Part shown: in pieces, positions 41,767 to 55,547 of the stretch
Numbering within the stretch: position 1 is the first letter of the stretch
How the letters are laid out: each line of letters opens with the position of its first letter
NCBI GenBank assembly: GCA_905331295.1
Contig: CAJNYD010000035.1
Location: forward strand, 1-64,000
DNA length: 64,000 nt
DNA from: Rotaria socialis
Taxonomy: Eukaryota
Reading direction: 5' to 3'
Translations under genes and position numbers: made by a program
Notes under the pieces: generated by a model
What the model saw: the letters and a program-made list of their open reading frames with translations, nothing else
Told to the model about the DNA's origin: nothing
Databases searched by the model: none

Positions 41767-44700
41767 ATGTTACCAATAAGTCAAACATCACCAGTACCTT
41801 CACAGCGATCATTAATTCCAATTAATATTGAAACATTAGCTGGATCATCATTTGAATTACTTGTTTCACCGTATGAACAGATTCAATATATTAAACGTAA
41901 AATTGAAAGACGACAAGGTATACCTGTTTCGCATCAACATCTCGTTTGGAAATCAAATGAACTTGAAGATGAATCTTGTTTACATGATTATAAAATCGAA
42001 GCCGGTACAACAATTAAACTTGTTTTAGCTATGCGTGGCGGTCCTGTTAATACAAAACGTGTACCAATTGAGGATAGTTTTATACGTGAAATGTCAGAAT
42101 ATATTGAAAATAGCCGAGATGATTGTACAATTAGTAGTGATTTATTACCATCGTCAAATAAAAATGTTACTTTTCTTGTTTTACGTGATGGTGATCAATT
42201 TAATTTTTTTCAAGTTATTGATAGAGGTGATGGTACTCTCTCACCTTTATCAGGTTCTATAAGGTATAACAGAAAGCAATATTTAAAAAAAAAGACGTAA
42301 TTGTCTTTTTTGTTTTGTTTATCATTAGTAATGCATCGATGTATAATGCACATGAAACAATCACTGTTGAAGCAGAACCTGAAAATGATGAAAAGCGACA
42401 AGCTGATGATCGTAAAACAAAACAAAAAATGGAATTGATTAGATCAAAATTAAAAACACATGATAGAAAAGTAAAAATTTATAAATAATGTTAGTGATTA
42501 TTATTAAATTATTATATCTCTTTCTAAGGATATACTACCATTACGTCCTTCGTCAGGAACAAAACAAACGAAATCAAATATAATTCATCATCGTCGTCGT
42601 AATATAATTGTTGATTCAAATTCAAACATAGGCACTCACGGTGATAATTCATCTGGTACATCATCTTTAGAACCACAAAAACAAACTTGTTCAGTACCCT
42701 ATCAGCTATCGCCAACCAATATTTTTAATACATATAATATATTAGCAGCTGCTGCTATTGGACAATCTGTTTTTCTCAATGAAGAAGATAGCGAAGATGG
42801 AGATGATAGTCCCGATGAAGATGATGATCAACAAACGCCATCTGATCAACAACAAATTCTAACATCACTACCAATTACATTAACTAATCAAAAAAATCAA
42901 CAACTATTAACATCCCGATCATATTCACCATCAGTTTTTAGTAAGAAAAATCATCATCATCATCAACATGAAGTAAAATTATCAAAAAAATCTCTTCATG
43001 ATTCTTATTATCAAAGCCAGAGTACAAGAATAAAAACTGAACAACATAATTCAACGAATATATTAAATACTTGTACACGCCATTCTAACGATACTATATT
43101 TTCAACGAATTATCCATCAAAAATGCTTGGTAAATATTTGTATTGAAAATAAAATTTTATTTTTATTTTCGCATTTGTGAAACAATAGCAAACATTTTTC
43201 ATTTTTATTCTTCTTCTTTATTATGATTTCTTTTAGGACCTGTGAGTCAAGAAACGGCTATAATAACAACGTCAACTACTTGTGAGAATGATAAAAGCAC
43301 TGATGCTGTCTCAGTTAATAATATTGATTCTACATTACCAATATTAGACCAACAATTAATACCAATTGTTTCAACATCTTCACATTTTCTTTCAGCAACA
43401 ATGAGTAAACAATTTAGTACCTGCGGAGAATCAAAATCGAACAATATTGATTCTCTATTAGATAATCAAGATGAAAAAATTACTTCAGCTAGTGAAATAA
43501 TTTATCAGCAATCACATACATCGCCTATGCTTGAATTACTTGATGATAATATTATTTCACCAACCAATGGTTTAACAAGTGCAGCATCAATACACGATGA
43601 TAAAACTGAACCGTATAGAAAACGAACAGCTGAAATTCAAAGTCGTAATGATACATCATTGAGTAAACCCATGTGGACTGATGACGATGATCAATTAATT
43701 ATTGGCGATGAATATACAGTAGGCGAACGTACATCGACAAGTCATTCAATATTATTTCGTCATCGAAATAGTTCAACAAGTACAACTATTGCTACACCAG
43801 TGCCAACATTTCCTAGTGTTGTAAAAAAATCTACATTACCATCATCAACACAACATTTTCTTCATTATCATAAACCATTAAATACTAATGATGCAAAACA
43901 AACAAAATCATCACCAAGACCACCTTTTCCATCGTCCGTATCAAAATATAAGCGCATGCCATCAAATATACCTTTAACAACATCATCACAACAACAAACA
44001 CATACAGGTACATCGAATACTCCATCGAATGATTTAGTGAGCAGTGAAGGCGGTAGTAACAATAATAATAATAATAGTACAGATTCTTACAATGATCATT
44101 TAATATTAAATAAACGGATTGACGTATTAAAAACACCAGGTAAAAAACAGTCAACACAATCGACTGTTTCATCGCCTTCTTCATCATCGGCAGCTACGAT
44201 TTTTCCACCAGCATCTTCACTATCGAAAAGACATTTTCAACAACAAGATATCAAGCCTGTAGGTGTGACATCTAGTATTCCACCTCCGTCAACATCATCG
44301 TCATCGTCTCATATTCCATTAGACAATACTAAAGTAACTATTGGTAAGTTAAATCAATTGTTCAGAAGAAGACAAAAAAAGAAAATCTCTATAAAAACAT
44401 CATATAATTCTATTTATAGAAACAATTGGATCTAAAACAGTCTCTGCTCTTTTACGACAAAATGCTACAATTGAACCAGTAGATACATCACGAGGTGTTG
44501 GTAAACATCTTGTTTCGCTATTAACAACAGCATCTAAAGAGACAACATCTATAAAAACTGGTTTGATTTTTTATATCAGTAGTATTGATATTTATTACTC
44601 ATTGTTCTTTTCTGTCTAGGTTATAAACAAACATCGCGCGATGCAGTAATTGAAGAACGCTATAAAGTAATATAATAACGGAAATTAAATAATTAAATAT

Positions 44701-45131
44701 ATATATATTGTTTTTATTTTCTTATATTTTTCTAGTTAGATTCAAAATTGAATAGTCTATGGTCAAGTACCACAAGTAATAATTTTTCAACAGTGAGCAG
44801 TAGTCTTCAATCAAATAAACTACCACCAGTCGTTGTCAATCGCAAATCAACGTCCAAATGTTTTCTCTGTAAAAAGAAAACTGGATTAGCCACAACGTAT
44901 CAATGCAAGTAAGAATATAAATTTTATTTAAGTTTGAAATTTCACAAGAATAAAAAATATAAATATGTTTTTGTTTTTGTTTTTCTAATTATTAGATGTG
45001 GAAGTTCATTTTGTAGTGAACATCGATATCCAGAAGCGCATGCATGTGCATTTGATTATAAAGCTGAAGGAAAACGTTTGATTGAAAGAAATAATCCATT
45101 GGTAACTGCACCAAAATTACCGAAGATATAA
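41767..45131 (+). CDS. ZFAND4: AN1-type zinc finger protein with N-terminal ubiquitin-like domain (ZFAND4/ANUBL1)
   Basis: UBL IETLAGSSFELLVSPYE...IKLVLAMRGGP. C-terminal AN1 finger CFLCKKKTGLATTYQC/KCGSSFCSEHRYPEAHACAFDYKAEG...APKLPKI. Confidence 0.93.
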
Positions 45132-45983
45132 ATTGAAAATACAAAACTTAAATATTTTTTTTCCGCTCTCTATTTTTGTATTTACTGATAAACCAAAAAT
45201 AAATATATAATTCAATGCTCATTTTTCCGTCTCATGTTTTTTTGTCTTTGTTCTTTTTTTTTGTTGCATATATGTAGCATGTACAACATCAGCAACTTTT
45301 ACATTTTCTATTATGAACCGTTTAAATGTGCATGTGTGAGTCAGTGTTGTTTTGTTCTGTTTTCACTAAAAAATCGAGATTGTTTTTCGTTTTGTTTTTT
45401 TTTTGGTATCTATTCAACTCAAACCCACTTGACTCAAATTTTTCTTTTTTGCCTATTTCTTTTTTTTTTCTTTTCTATTTCAATTGCTTTAGCAAGAATT
45501 GTGCGCGTGAATGATTTGCGAGAACAGTAGATTTTCATTTCTCCTCGTGCTGACGCGTCTCATTCGAGGATAACAATCCGTATATTTTTGTATAAATATA
45601 ACAACATAATGATTCCTCTTTCTTGCATTTGATCTTTTTTCCTGTTTTTTCTATTTAATTTCTTTCAATTTCATCTGTGCTCTTATCTCTTTTGTACACG
45701 ATGAATCGTCTGGCTTTTGTTCTTCCGTGTTTGCTAGTGATATTGACCAAACAAAATACTCATTTATTCACGCTATATGCACACAAATACATTCTGTATA
45801 AATATTTTCATATACGTACATATATATATATATATATTTAGGAAAAAAAGAGACAATGGTGATGAAGAAAAAAAAATTTTTTTTTTTTTTTATCGATTGT
45901 ACTCATTCATAATATAGAAAGAATTTTGCTTTCTTTTTCTATTTACACTATATAAAATACATATTTTAGATTAAGAAAATAAT

Positions 45984-48962
45984 ATGGTGCAAGAACCATA
46001 TGTTGAACCACCACCTGAACGAATTGGTATGTGTATATTGTTTATTATATTAGAAAAATATGTTCATTATCTAGCGCTGAATTAAAATTGGAAAATTATA
46101 GGATAGACTAATTTGTGGTGTAGGGGCAGATCTTAAAGCTAAATTATTATTTATCTGATTTTAAGTCTTATATATTTAGATATCGTTCGTGGTACAAATT
46201 ATCTTCTTGAATCTCTTGGTATTGACCATCGTATTCGTTCGATCAGTGAATTCGCCAGTCCAGTACTCATTCCAGTTTATGAAAAGATTTGTTCATGTCA
46301 ATTAAATGGTTAAAATCGATGAATTATATATTCTCAAAATTAAAATATTATTGATTTGATATTCTAGATGTTCGTCTACCTGTTCATAATCTTGCTGATG
46401 AAATACATAATATTCAATCTGTGATAAATGCCTTATGTTTTGATACAGTTGAATTTGATCTTTCACATATATCAGGCGAACAAGTAGCTAATGGAGATTT
46501 ATATGCAATGGAAGATTTACTTGAAATATTAACCGATGTTTATCATTGGATAAAAAATGACAGACAAGAGAATGATGAAATTGGTTTGAAAAATATTTTC
46601 TTCCATATGATTTAATCGTATAAATATATTTATGTTTTTATAGCTGCTTATCCAGGTCGAACATACATTCCACCACTTAATTCCGATCGATCAAGTGTTC
46701 AAGCGTCGTCTCTCGGAGCTCAAATTGCTCAATTAGCTGATCGACGACGTGCATTTGGTCACGATATGGCTGCTCCAAATAGCCTTGTTTATACAGAAAT
46801 TAGCCCAATTGTTTCACCGTCCAGTTCACCTTCTCGTCGACATCCTAAAGAGAATGTTGAACATGATACTGTTGTTGAAGATTTACAAGAAAAATATCAA
46901 GCATTATTACGTCGTTTCGAACAAACAGTACACATTTCATCAGATCCACTTAATCTTTCACGAATATCAGAAGGTTTTCAATGATGTCAATAGTTTATTT
47001 TAAAGCAAACTCCTTTGTTTTTTCTCATCTCTATTAGATGCTCCGTCCACAACAACGCCAGATTTACGTCTACTACTTGATGATTTAACAAATTATAACA
47101 ATGGTAAAAAGCAAGACAATTATCATAAAGAAACACGTACAGTTAGTAATAAAAAAGAATATGATGATATTGAGGATGACTTAGCATTAATTCTTAATGA
47201 TAAAAAATTACAACAGCGAATAAAACCAATCGAATCAATAGAAGATCATGAAACAATAAAGTAAGTTATAAATCGGAATTTAGAAAGAAAAAGAAAATCT
47301 AATTTAACTTTTCAACAAAATTATTTAAAATTTTTTTTAGATCAAATACGCAAGATTCTATAATATCAGCAACGACAACAACAATAGGACGTAATCGTTT
47401 AAATCATAGTGATGAATTCTATCAAATTCGAAATCAACTTCAAGAACAATATCATGTAAAACACAATCTAAATCATTTTCTTGAACGACATTTTAACGAT
47501 GATCTTGATGATTATAAATCAACAAAAACATTACTGCAAAATGACAAAGAACGTCATGCTATGCAACATCATGACATAGATACATCAACATTAAGAATTA
47601 ATGAACATCAATCTCGTGTGCGTCGTTCACATTCAGCTTCATCGAAAATAAGAGAAGGTGCGTTACGAAAAGGCTTTCTTTGTGCATCAACAAATGCATT
47701 AAATGTACGACCTCTTGTACATAAACATGATTTTAATGATCCGGAAACAACAATTGATAATGAAATAACAACAAATGTGAAAACAACAAATAAACATCGC
47801 TTATTACTTGGCAATGAGAATGACCTAATTCAAGTATTAAATGAACAATTTCCTGGAATTTATGTTTCAACAGAAATGCAAGCAAAACTTAATGATCAAT
47901 TCAGTAAACATATTGACAGTGTATTTAAATCAAGAGTTGAACTTCTCAATTCTCAACAAGGAAATTTGAATGACGTAAGAATAGAAAACGAAAATTTTCG
48001 TTGTTTTTTTAAAACTTAAAATTCATTTATCAAAACTCTTTTGAATAATAAATTTGTGTGTAATTTACAAAAGAATGAGAGTTCATAAAAATTTCAGAGA
48101 ACAAAATAGATAGTAAACAACAATTATATGATAGTTTTCAATGACTATGCTGATTTTATTGAAATGTTGAGTGCATTAAAACACTATGATCATCATAAAT
48201 TATTTCTTCATATATATATATATATATATATATATTGATTAAGTTTATTATATTAATCTTTAAATTCATAGAAATTTTTATGATTATATCTTCTAGCTTG
48301 AAAAAGTCAAGCAGAAACATGATCAAATGACTGAAATTCTACGTAAAGAAATAGGTGCTGTACAACGTCAGGTAAAATAATATTGATTCACAAAAACTAA
48401 ACTCGATTTTCATTTTCTCTTTTAGCAAGACATTCAATTAAAACAATCAGCTGAACGTATTCTTAAATCAAAAATTCGTGATCAACGTATTCAACAAGCA
48501 CGTGTACGTCGTTATTTTCAAGAATATTGTCTTGATCAACGAAAACGTTTATTAAAAAAACGCACAAATGAAGAATTAATATTAAAACAAGCTTACAAAG
48601 ATTCGATACGTATTCAACGTGAACGTCTACAAGAAATGAAAAAATACAAACAAGAATACAATGCTTTATTTCTCTCACGTTATCGTAATCAATTAGAATC
48701 TCTTGAAAATTATTACCGTCAACGTCTTGATATGTTTAAAGAAGTTGAACAAAAAGAATCAGCTCTACAACGTACTAATGATCGTGAAGATAAATTAGAA
48801 TTGAATAAACAACGTTTACAATTACGTAAAAAACTTGAAACAGATATAAAACAATTACAAGATCAATTAAATCAAAATGATGATTATATACATTTTCGAC
48901 AATTAGATTTAGAACGTTTAAAAGAAAATTTAACTCAAGCAAGAATAACAACAAAAGTTTAA
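45984..48962 (+). CDS. CEP95: Centrosomal protein CEP95 (CCDC45)-like
   Basis: N-terminal region DLSHISGEQVANGDLYAMEDLLEIL. C-terminal coiled coil QRIQQARVRRYFQEY...ESLENYYRQRLDM...DDYIHFRQLD. Multi-exon. Confidence 0.8.
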
Positions 48963-49137
48963 TATATTTGTTTGTGTAGCATTTCTTAGAAAAATGTAGT
49001 TTTGCTTTTTTCTCTTTCTTTTTTCTTTTTCATTTGTCTAATTCAATTTTCTAAACAGTATAATTAATGAGAATAAAAATAAATAGGTTTTTATTTCAGA
49101 TTTTATTTTTATTAGTGATTCTATTGTCAGATATTTT

Positions 49138-49800
49138 ATGGCTGTAAAACGTGGTGGTTTGATTATTTTCGAAGGTCTCGATAGAATTGGAAAAACAACA
49201 CAAAGCAAACTTTTGTATGATCATCTTACTCTTGAATGCGGTCTTCTATGTGAACGTTTATCATTTCCTGATCGATCAACACAAATTGGTTCTTTAATTG
49301 ATAGTTATTTACAGCGTAAAATTGATTTTAATGATCATACAATTCATCTTTTATTTTCTGCTAATCGTTGGGAATCTATTGATTCAATGCGAACAAAACT
49401 TCTTCAAGGTTATACATTAATTGTTGATCGTTATGCTTTTTCTGGTGTTGCATTTACACAAGCTAAAGGTCTCGATATAAAATGGTGTCAATCATGTGAT
49501 ATTGGTTTACTTCAACCTGATCTTGTTCTTTATTTTCATCGTAATAAACAATCAAATTGTTTATCTTATACGGGCGATGAACGATATGAAACAAAATCAT
49601 TTCAAGAAAAAGTTGAATTTTATTTTGAACAATTACGTTCATCATCATCAGAACAATGGAAAGATGTTAATGTAATAGATAAAGATAATATAGAGATGCG
49701 TGATAAAGAATCCATTCAAAATGAAATTCGTTTATATGTAAAAAATTGTCTTGATGGCATTAAAAGCAATCATATAGATGAGTTATGGAAAGATAATTAA
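49138..49800 (+). CDS. DTYMK: Thymidylate kinase (dTMP kinase), intronless CDS
   Basis: RGGLIIFEGLDRIGKTTQ, FPDRSTQIG, HLLFSANRWE, DRYAFSGVAF, ERYE. Confidence 0.96.
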   Translation: MAVKRGGLIIFEGLDRIGKTTQSKLLYDHLTLECGLLCERLSFPDRSTQIGSLIDSYLQRKIDFNDHTIHLLFSANRWESIDSMRTKLLQGYTLIVDRYAFSGVAFTQAKGLDIKWCQSCDIGLLQPDLVLYFHRNKQSNCLSYTGDERYETKSFQEKVEFYFEQLRSSSSEQWKDVNVIDKDNIEMRDKESIQNEIRLYVKNCLDGIKSNHIDELWKDN

Positions 49801-49853
49801 AATAACAGCATCAACAAGAAAAAGAAAAACATGTTCTTTTTTATTTTCTAGAT

Positions 49854-52800
49854 ATGTCAACTTTTAATCCTATCGAATATGATGATCTCATATATCGTCA
49901 TCGTCAATCAAGTGATCTTTTGTGGTCATTAAAAAATTGGCATGATCCATTAGTTGATAATAAAGAACAATCAATTAAATCTAAAAAATTAATTAATAAA
50001 ACTACACAGGTATCATCAATAATAACACCAGTACATTATGAAACATTACCAAGAAATTCTGAACAAATAAAATCTGATGTTTTAAATAGTTTAGCATTAA
50101 AATATACTCTCGAAACATTAGGTAATGATACAAATGCCAATGAACAAGCAAAATCTATTATTCAAGAAATGTCGCATCGTTTAAATATACGAACGGCACG
50201 TTTTCTTGCATTTATATTTTCGAAAATATTCAATCAAGTTTATGAAAATATTTATATCGATCGAAATGGTATAGATTGTCTATACAAATTATATTGTTTA
50301 ACACCAAACAATAAATTACCAAATATTCCAGCGTCACCAATAACAATCTCATCAACATTATTTGCTATTTTAAATACATTTTCACGTTCATCATCATCGC
50401 CAGATTCAAATCTATTAGCAACACCATTATCATCACCATTAACCACCAAACATTACATAACATCACCAAGAATTATTTATTTACCAACACATCGAAGTTA
50501 CATGGATTTTATTATTTTAACATATTTGTGTTTCGAATATAATATTCCATTACCATGTATTGCAGCTGCACAAGATTTTCTTGGTCTTGGATTATTAGCT
50601 AATTTACTTCGACATTGTGGTGCATTTTTTATTCGACGTTCATTTCGCAGTGATTTACTCTATTGGACAATATTTGATGAATATGTCAAAACGCATTTAA
50701 TTCATGGAGATTATCCATTAGAATTTTTCATTGAAGGAGCACGTTCTAGAACATTAAAAACTTTATTACCTGTTCGACAAGGAATGTTAAAATCATGTTT
50801 AGAATGTTATTTTCGTCGACAAGTCGATAATTTAATATTGATACCTATTTCAATTAATTATGAAAAAGTTTTAGAAGATAATTTGCATGCTAATGAATTA
50901 TTAGGAATACCAAAACCGAAAGAATCTAAAAGTGGTTTATTTAAATCAATACAAATATTAAAAAAATCATTTGGAACAATGATTGTAAAATTTAGTGATC
51001 CAATTTATGTTTATGATGCTTATGAATTATTTAAAAAACAACAAGAAAATAAACTAAATAGTAAGCAATCTCGAGTATAAGGACACCAAAGAGTTGCAAT
51101 AAAAAAAAATTTTTGAGTAAATTACTTTAGTTTCATTATATTAACATATTTTATTTAGATTTATTCTATAAAGAAAAGTAAACCTATGACGTTGTAATAG
51201 ATAAATCTATTTTTTATAATAGAAAAAAATAATCAATTCAATTATTTCTTTGAACATAGCAAGAAAATATGATAGCAATTTGTTTTTAACTAATTTTATT
51301 AAAATTTTGTTTTGATTAAAAGGAAATTTTCCTAGAATTTTATTGAATGAAAAAATTTTGTTGATTTCGAAAATTAAATTGTCTTATTGAATGCTTGTTC
51401 ATATTATCATCAAGTTGTTCTTCATTCATTCAATCATGCTAAGCCTTTAATCTAGGCGTCAGAAGAAAAAGAAATCTCCAAGCTACATGTCGTTGATTGG
51501 AAGCATTTTTTTGACTCGAATGAAATGTGCTGTCGAAACAGGAAGACATCCAATAAATAATATAATGAAGTCTGTTCATTGTTATTCAGGAGTAGTTAAC
51601 ATTTATTATGACATATTTGAAAATACATCACGTCTTGATTATTTTAGGTCGTTGCGATTCTTTCAATCGATCGATTCCGCGTGGTGTTCAACCACGTTTC
51701 ACTTGTCAACCCGATGGATTTAATGAATTGGAACTAAATTTTGTTGATCAACTTTCTTATCGAATCGTCCATGAACAACAACGTTTAACAGCAATCTATC
51801 CAATAACTGTTGTGGCATTTTCTTTTCTTTCTTCGTTCACAGTGATGCCTAGAAGTCGATCAGTATCACTTGAACAACTATTTGCAGATAAAGAAACGTT
51901 GTTTATCGAACATAATGATATTGTTGAATACTATTCTACTAATTGTCAAATATTTTGGCCATCAAATAATGATAAAAACAATTTGAAACAACGACTTTTA
52001 TCACTTTATTCAGATGTATTTGATATTAGTGGAAATAATCATCTGAAACTAAAAATAACAGGAGACAATCTCGTTGATGCTTCACTTCTTATGAAGTTGA
52101 TTATGTATCGAAATACGTGTTTACATTTATTTGCTAAACCAGCGTATATTCTGTTGGCATGTCAAGTTAATTCTCAGGTAGATAAAACAGTTAAGACATT
52201 GAATTTTCTTTTGATTAATTTACAGTTAACATAACAATCTAATAGGGTTTCTTTCGAATATCTCCTCTATAAATATTTTTAATTAAATCACTCAAGAAAT
52301 TTGAGAAGATTACTAAAAGTCAAGAATTATGCTTGTTTTTAGACCGAAATTAAACTAAAAATAGTACTTTAGTCAAAATTGAATACAGCTATTGAATGTT
52401 TAATATTCGAAACTATGTACAATCCGAATTTGTTTGGAAAAATTAAGTTTTTGAATGTTGTCTCAAAATAGTCGCTGTCAGATAATTTCATGAATAGTGG
52501 GTTGCACGCATAGTTTTGAGACTTCTTTTATCCTTGAGTTATAAATCTTTGAAAAGGAAACATTTCCTCGAGGTGAAGTGAATGCTACAAGAAAGATAAC
52601 CTTGTTATGTTTTACATGAAAATGAAAAATCTTTTAAGACATTCTCCAGAATATATAGAGTTCGTGATGCCTGATGCATTTATCTGTTTTTTGTCATCAA
52701 GACAAAAACTTTGCTTAATATGTAAGTTTATTTATGAGCACCAATAGAAAACAGAATGGAATCTTGTCATGATCTAGTTTGACATATTCATCACGCGCTC

Positions 52801-54286
52801 AAAATTGTATATGAATCCGATGACTTTATTCTAAAACAAATGCTGTCATACAAAAAACGCATAGTTATAATAGGTGGATAGTGTAAGAAAAATAAATGCA
52901 ATTGCTGTATTTTTCCCCCATAGTGAAAGTTTCTATTTGAAAGGTCATTTTAAGAAAAAAATACAGATTGGCACTATTTAGTGACATGATTAAGTACTAC
53001 AAATAGCGACTATTTTAACTTTATGGTATCTGTATTCTGTCTCTATTAGGAAAGAAAAGTCACTGGCATTTTTCAATGATAGATATAACTCATGTAATAT
53101 TATTATGACTTGAAATTTCATAGAGTTTGTTTTTGTTTCAAAGCTGAGCTATTTTAAGTGTACTGACTGACAAGAAATCGGATCTTCTTTTCTCTAATGT
53201 TTTACCTATCAAGACATACAAACACGAAAGCTCAAACGATAATGATGAAAAATCCACCGTTGTTGTTTTCTATCATAAATAAATATTTTTTTCTATCCAT
53301 CTAATGGTTAACGTTAATCACTTTGTCGAAGCTAAATTAAAGTGTTTCATTAGTTTTCAAGCAACGAAGTAACTGAGTATTGTTATTTTCTTTTTTTTTT
53401 GAACTTAATCAATTGACTTAATTCCTATATATCCGTTATAATAGGCAAACGATTTCTTTCCATCGTAAACTAAGGATTAAAAAATTTTCTGACATGTTTC
53501 TTAACCCATTAATAGCACACGTTTAATAGAATTCTCTTTCGTGATAGATATGCCCGTTGATTGCTGATAGCTAACAGGAAATTTTAGCATTATCTAGAAA
53601 TGAGAAAAATCATTGTCATGAAAAAAAGCCTATAATAAAGCAGCAATCATATACGATTATCATAAATGTCGATTCCACATCGAAAACGTTTTTAATGTTT
53701 TCTTTCAATAATCATTTGTCTCACTATCGAAACAAAAGAAAGTAATTGATCATTTTTTTTTGTTTCATTATATTACTTTTAGGCTTCAATCTCTTATCAA
53801 CAATTAAAAACTTATTATCATTTTTTTATACATTTATTTGCTTATGAATTTGTTTATGATCAATGTCCAGTAGATAATATTGACGATCAATATTTTGATA
53901 GGTATCTGACTTATTGGATAAATAAAAATTATATTTTTCATATTGATGAATCAACATTTAAAATTAATTCAAATTTTCTTCAGCAAATTTCATTAATAAC
54001 TAGTCCTTTTGAACAATACGCTCGTGCCTATTTATTAATTTATGAACAAGGAAATAATTTAACAGAAACAAGTTTATCAGTATCAACAAAAGTCTATCAA
54101 AAAAATTTATTAACTAAACTTGATTCACAGAATATAATCAATATATTAGCATCATCATCCAACGTGATAAGTAATGCTCTAAGAACACTAAACTCAAGTA
54201 ATGCATCGAAGACATTATCTGAAATTCGTCATATATTGACAAAAATATTCCAACCAGTATCAATTCATCTCCGTGCTAAGTTATAG
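49854..54286 (+). CDS. GNPAT: Peroxisomal dihydroxyacetone-phosphate acyltransferase
   Basis: Exons ~49854-51061, 51649-52177 and 53783-54286. Acyltransferase motifs PTHRSYMDF, GAFFIRR, FFIEGARSR and IPISINYE. The C-terminus ends ...RAKL*, a PTS1 signal. Confidence 0.92.
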
Positions 54287-55547
54287 ATCATTGTTGTCTT
54301 TTTTTATTGATGACATTTTTTAAGATCTGGGTTTTTAACTCGAAAATTTTGTTACTGTTGTGTTCTAAGTTAATTTTTTTTTACTGTTTGTCAAACCAAA
54401 AAGAAAACGAATATAATACTTCCATGACTTTTTGTTTTTTACTTTGTTTCTTGCGAGAATCTAGCCATATGAAATTAGTGTTCGCCCTTTATTATTTTGA
54501 CAAAACCTTATGTTTTTTTGTATCGTATTCAAATTGTCCTTTAAGAGCGACCAAGATTGGTTGAATAGGAAGCAAGCTCATTTGCAGTCTAGAGAGATGA
54601 GTCATAGCTGATCTGTCAGTCAGTTATTTATTTACTTGCAGTTCGTATGAGTCACATAGTCGACGTGGATAAAAACAGATGATCATCTATATAAATACGT
54701 GATTGTACTATAGATATTAATTGTGCAAGCAACTACAAAATGCTTTCTTGGCTACGTGATAAAACAACAACAACAACAACAACAGCTGATGATAGTATTG
54801 CGGGTAATCAGTCATATACTGTTTCTCAATCTCTACCGCAAACAGCATCGTCCACTTCTCATCAAAAACAACATTCGAACGGTAGAATACGTTTTTTTAA
54901 TGATCTTGATCAAAGTGTTATTTTTTAGTACCTATTAATCGATCCATTGTATTTTGTCTAAAAATACGAACGAGAACAAATAATGAGAAGAAAAAAAGAC
55001 CATGTATCTTTTGCATCAGTAGTTTTCTCTCATAATATTTTTGCTTTTTTGTCTCGTGCTATGATCCTGAGCATTCTATTTTTGTAATATGATCATGTGT
55101 AGGACTGCTACTTTTTGCAATCCTCTCTTTTTTGCTCTCCTATAGAAAGTAGATAATTTACTATCTTACTTCCATGATTAACATGCTAAATAGATTTAAA
55201 TATGAATAATTCTTTCTGCAAAGACAATATTATTTAAGCTAATGAATATCCGGTAATCTTTTTCTTTTATTACCGACAGACAGCTACAAATAGAAAATGC
55301 AAATACTAAGAACTAGTAGTAAATTTTATATTTTTGCTCTTTCTTTTAATGTTTTTCTTTCCTGTAGTTATGCGATTTCATTGGTTCCGTGGTGACTTTG
55401 GCAGGTGTTTTTCTCTCGGTTATCGTATTCTTTTGTTTCTTCAGCTAAGAGAATGCTTAAAGCATTCTAATGTACTGATGAATAGAAAAGAAAAACCAAA
55501 AACACAAAACATTCGATCTTTACTTCGTCTATTTCTTTTCAGATAAA

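Noticed and set aside
46649..46663. TATCCAGGTCGAACA resembling the MITE TIR
   Set aside because: It lies within a CEP95 coding exon (YPGRT) and has no partner TIR; probably chance.
49798..49856. DTYMK-GNPAT fusion by stop-codon read-through
   Set aside because: The 53-nt spacer is out of frame and contains an in-frame TAG.
54121..54150. Apparent frameshift in the last GNPAT exon
   Set aside because: The printed line contains a 9-base block, but by coordinates the exon is 504 nt and in frame to AKL-stop; a display artefact.
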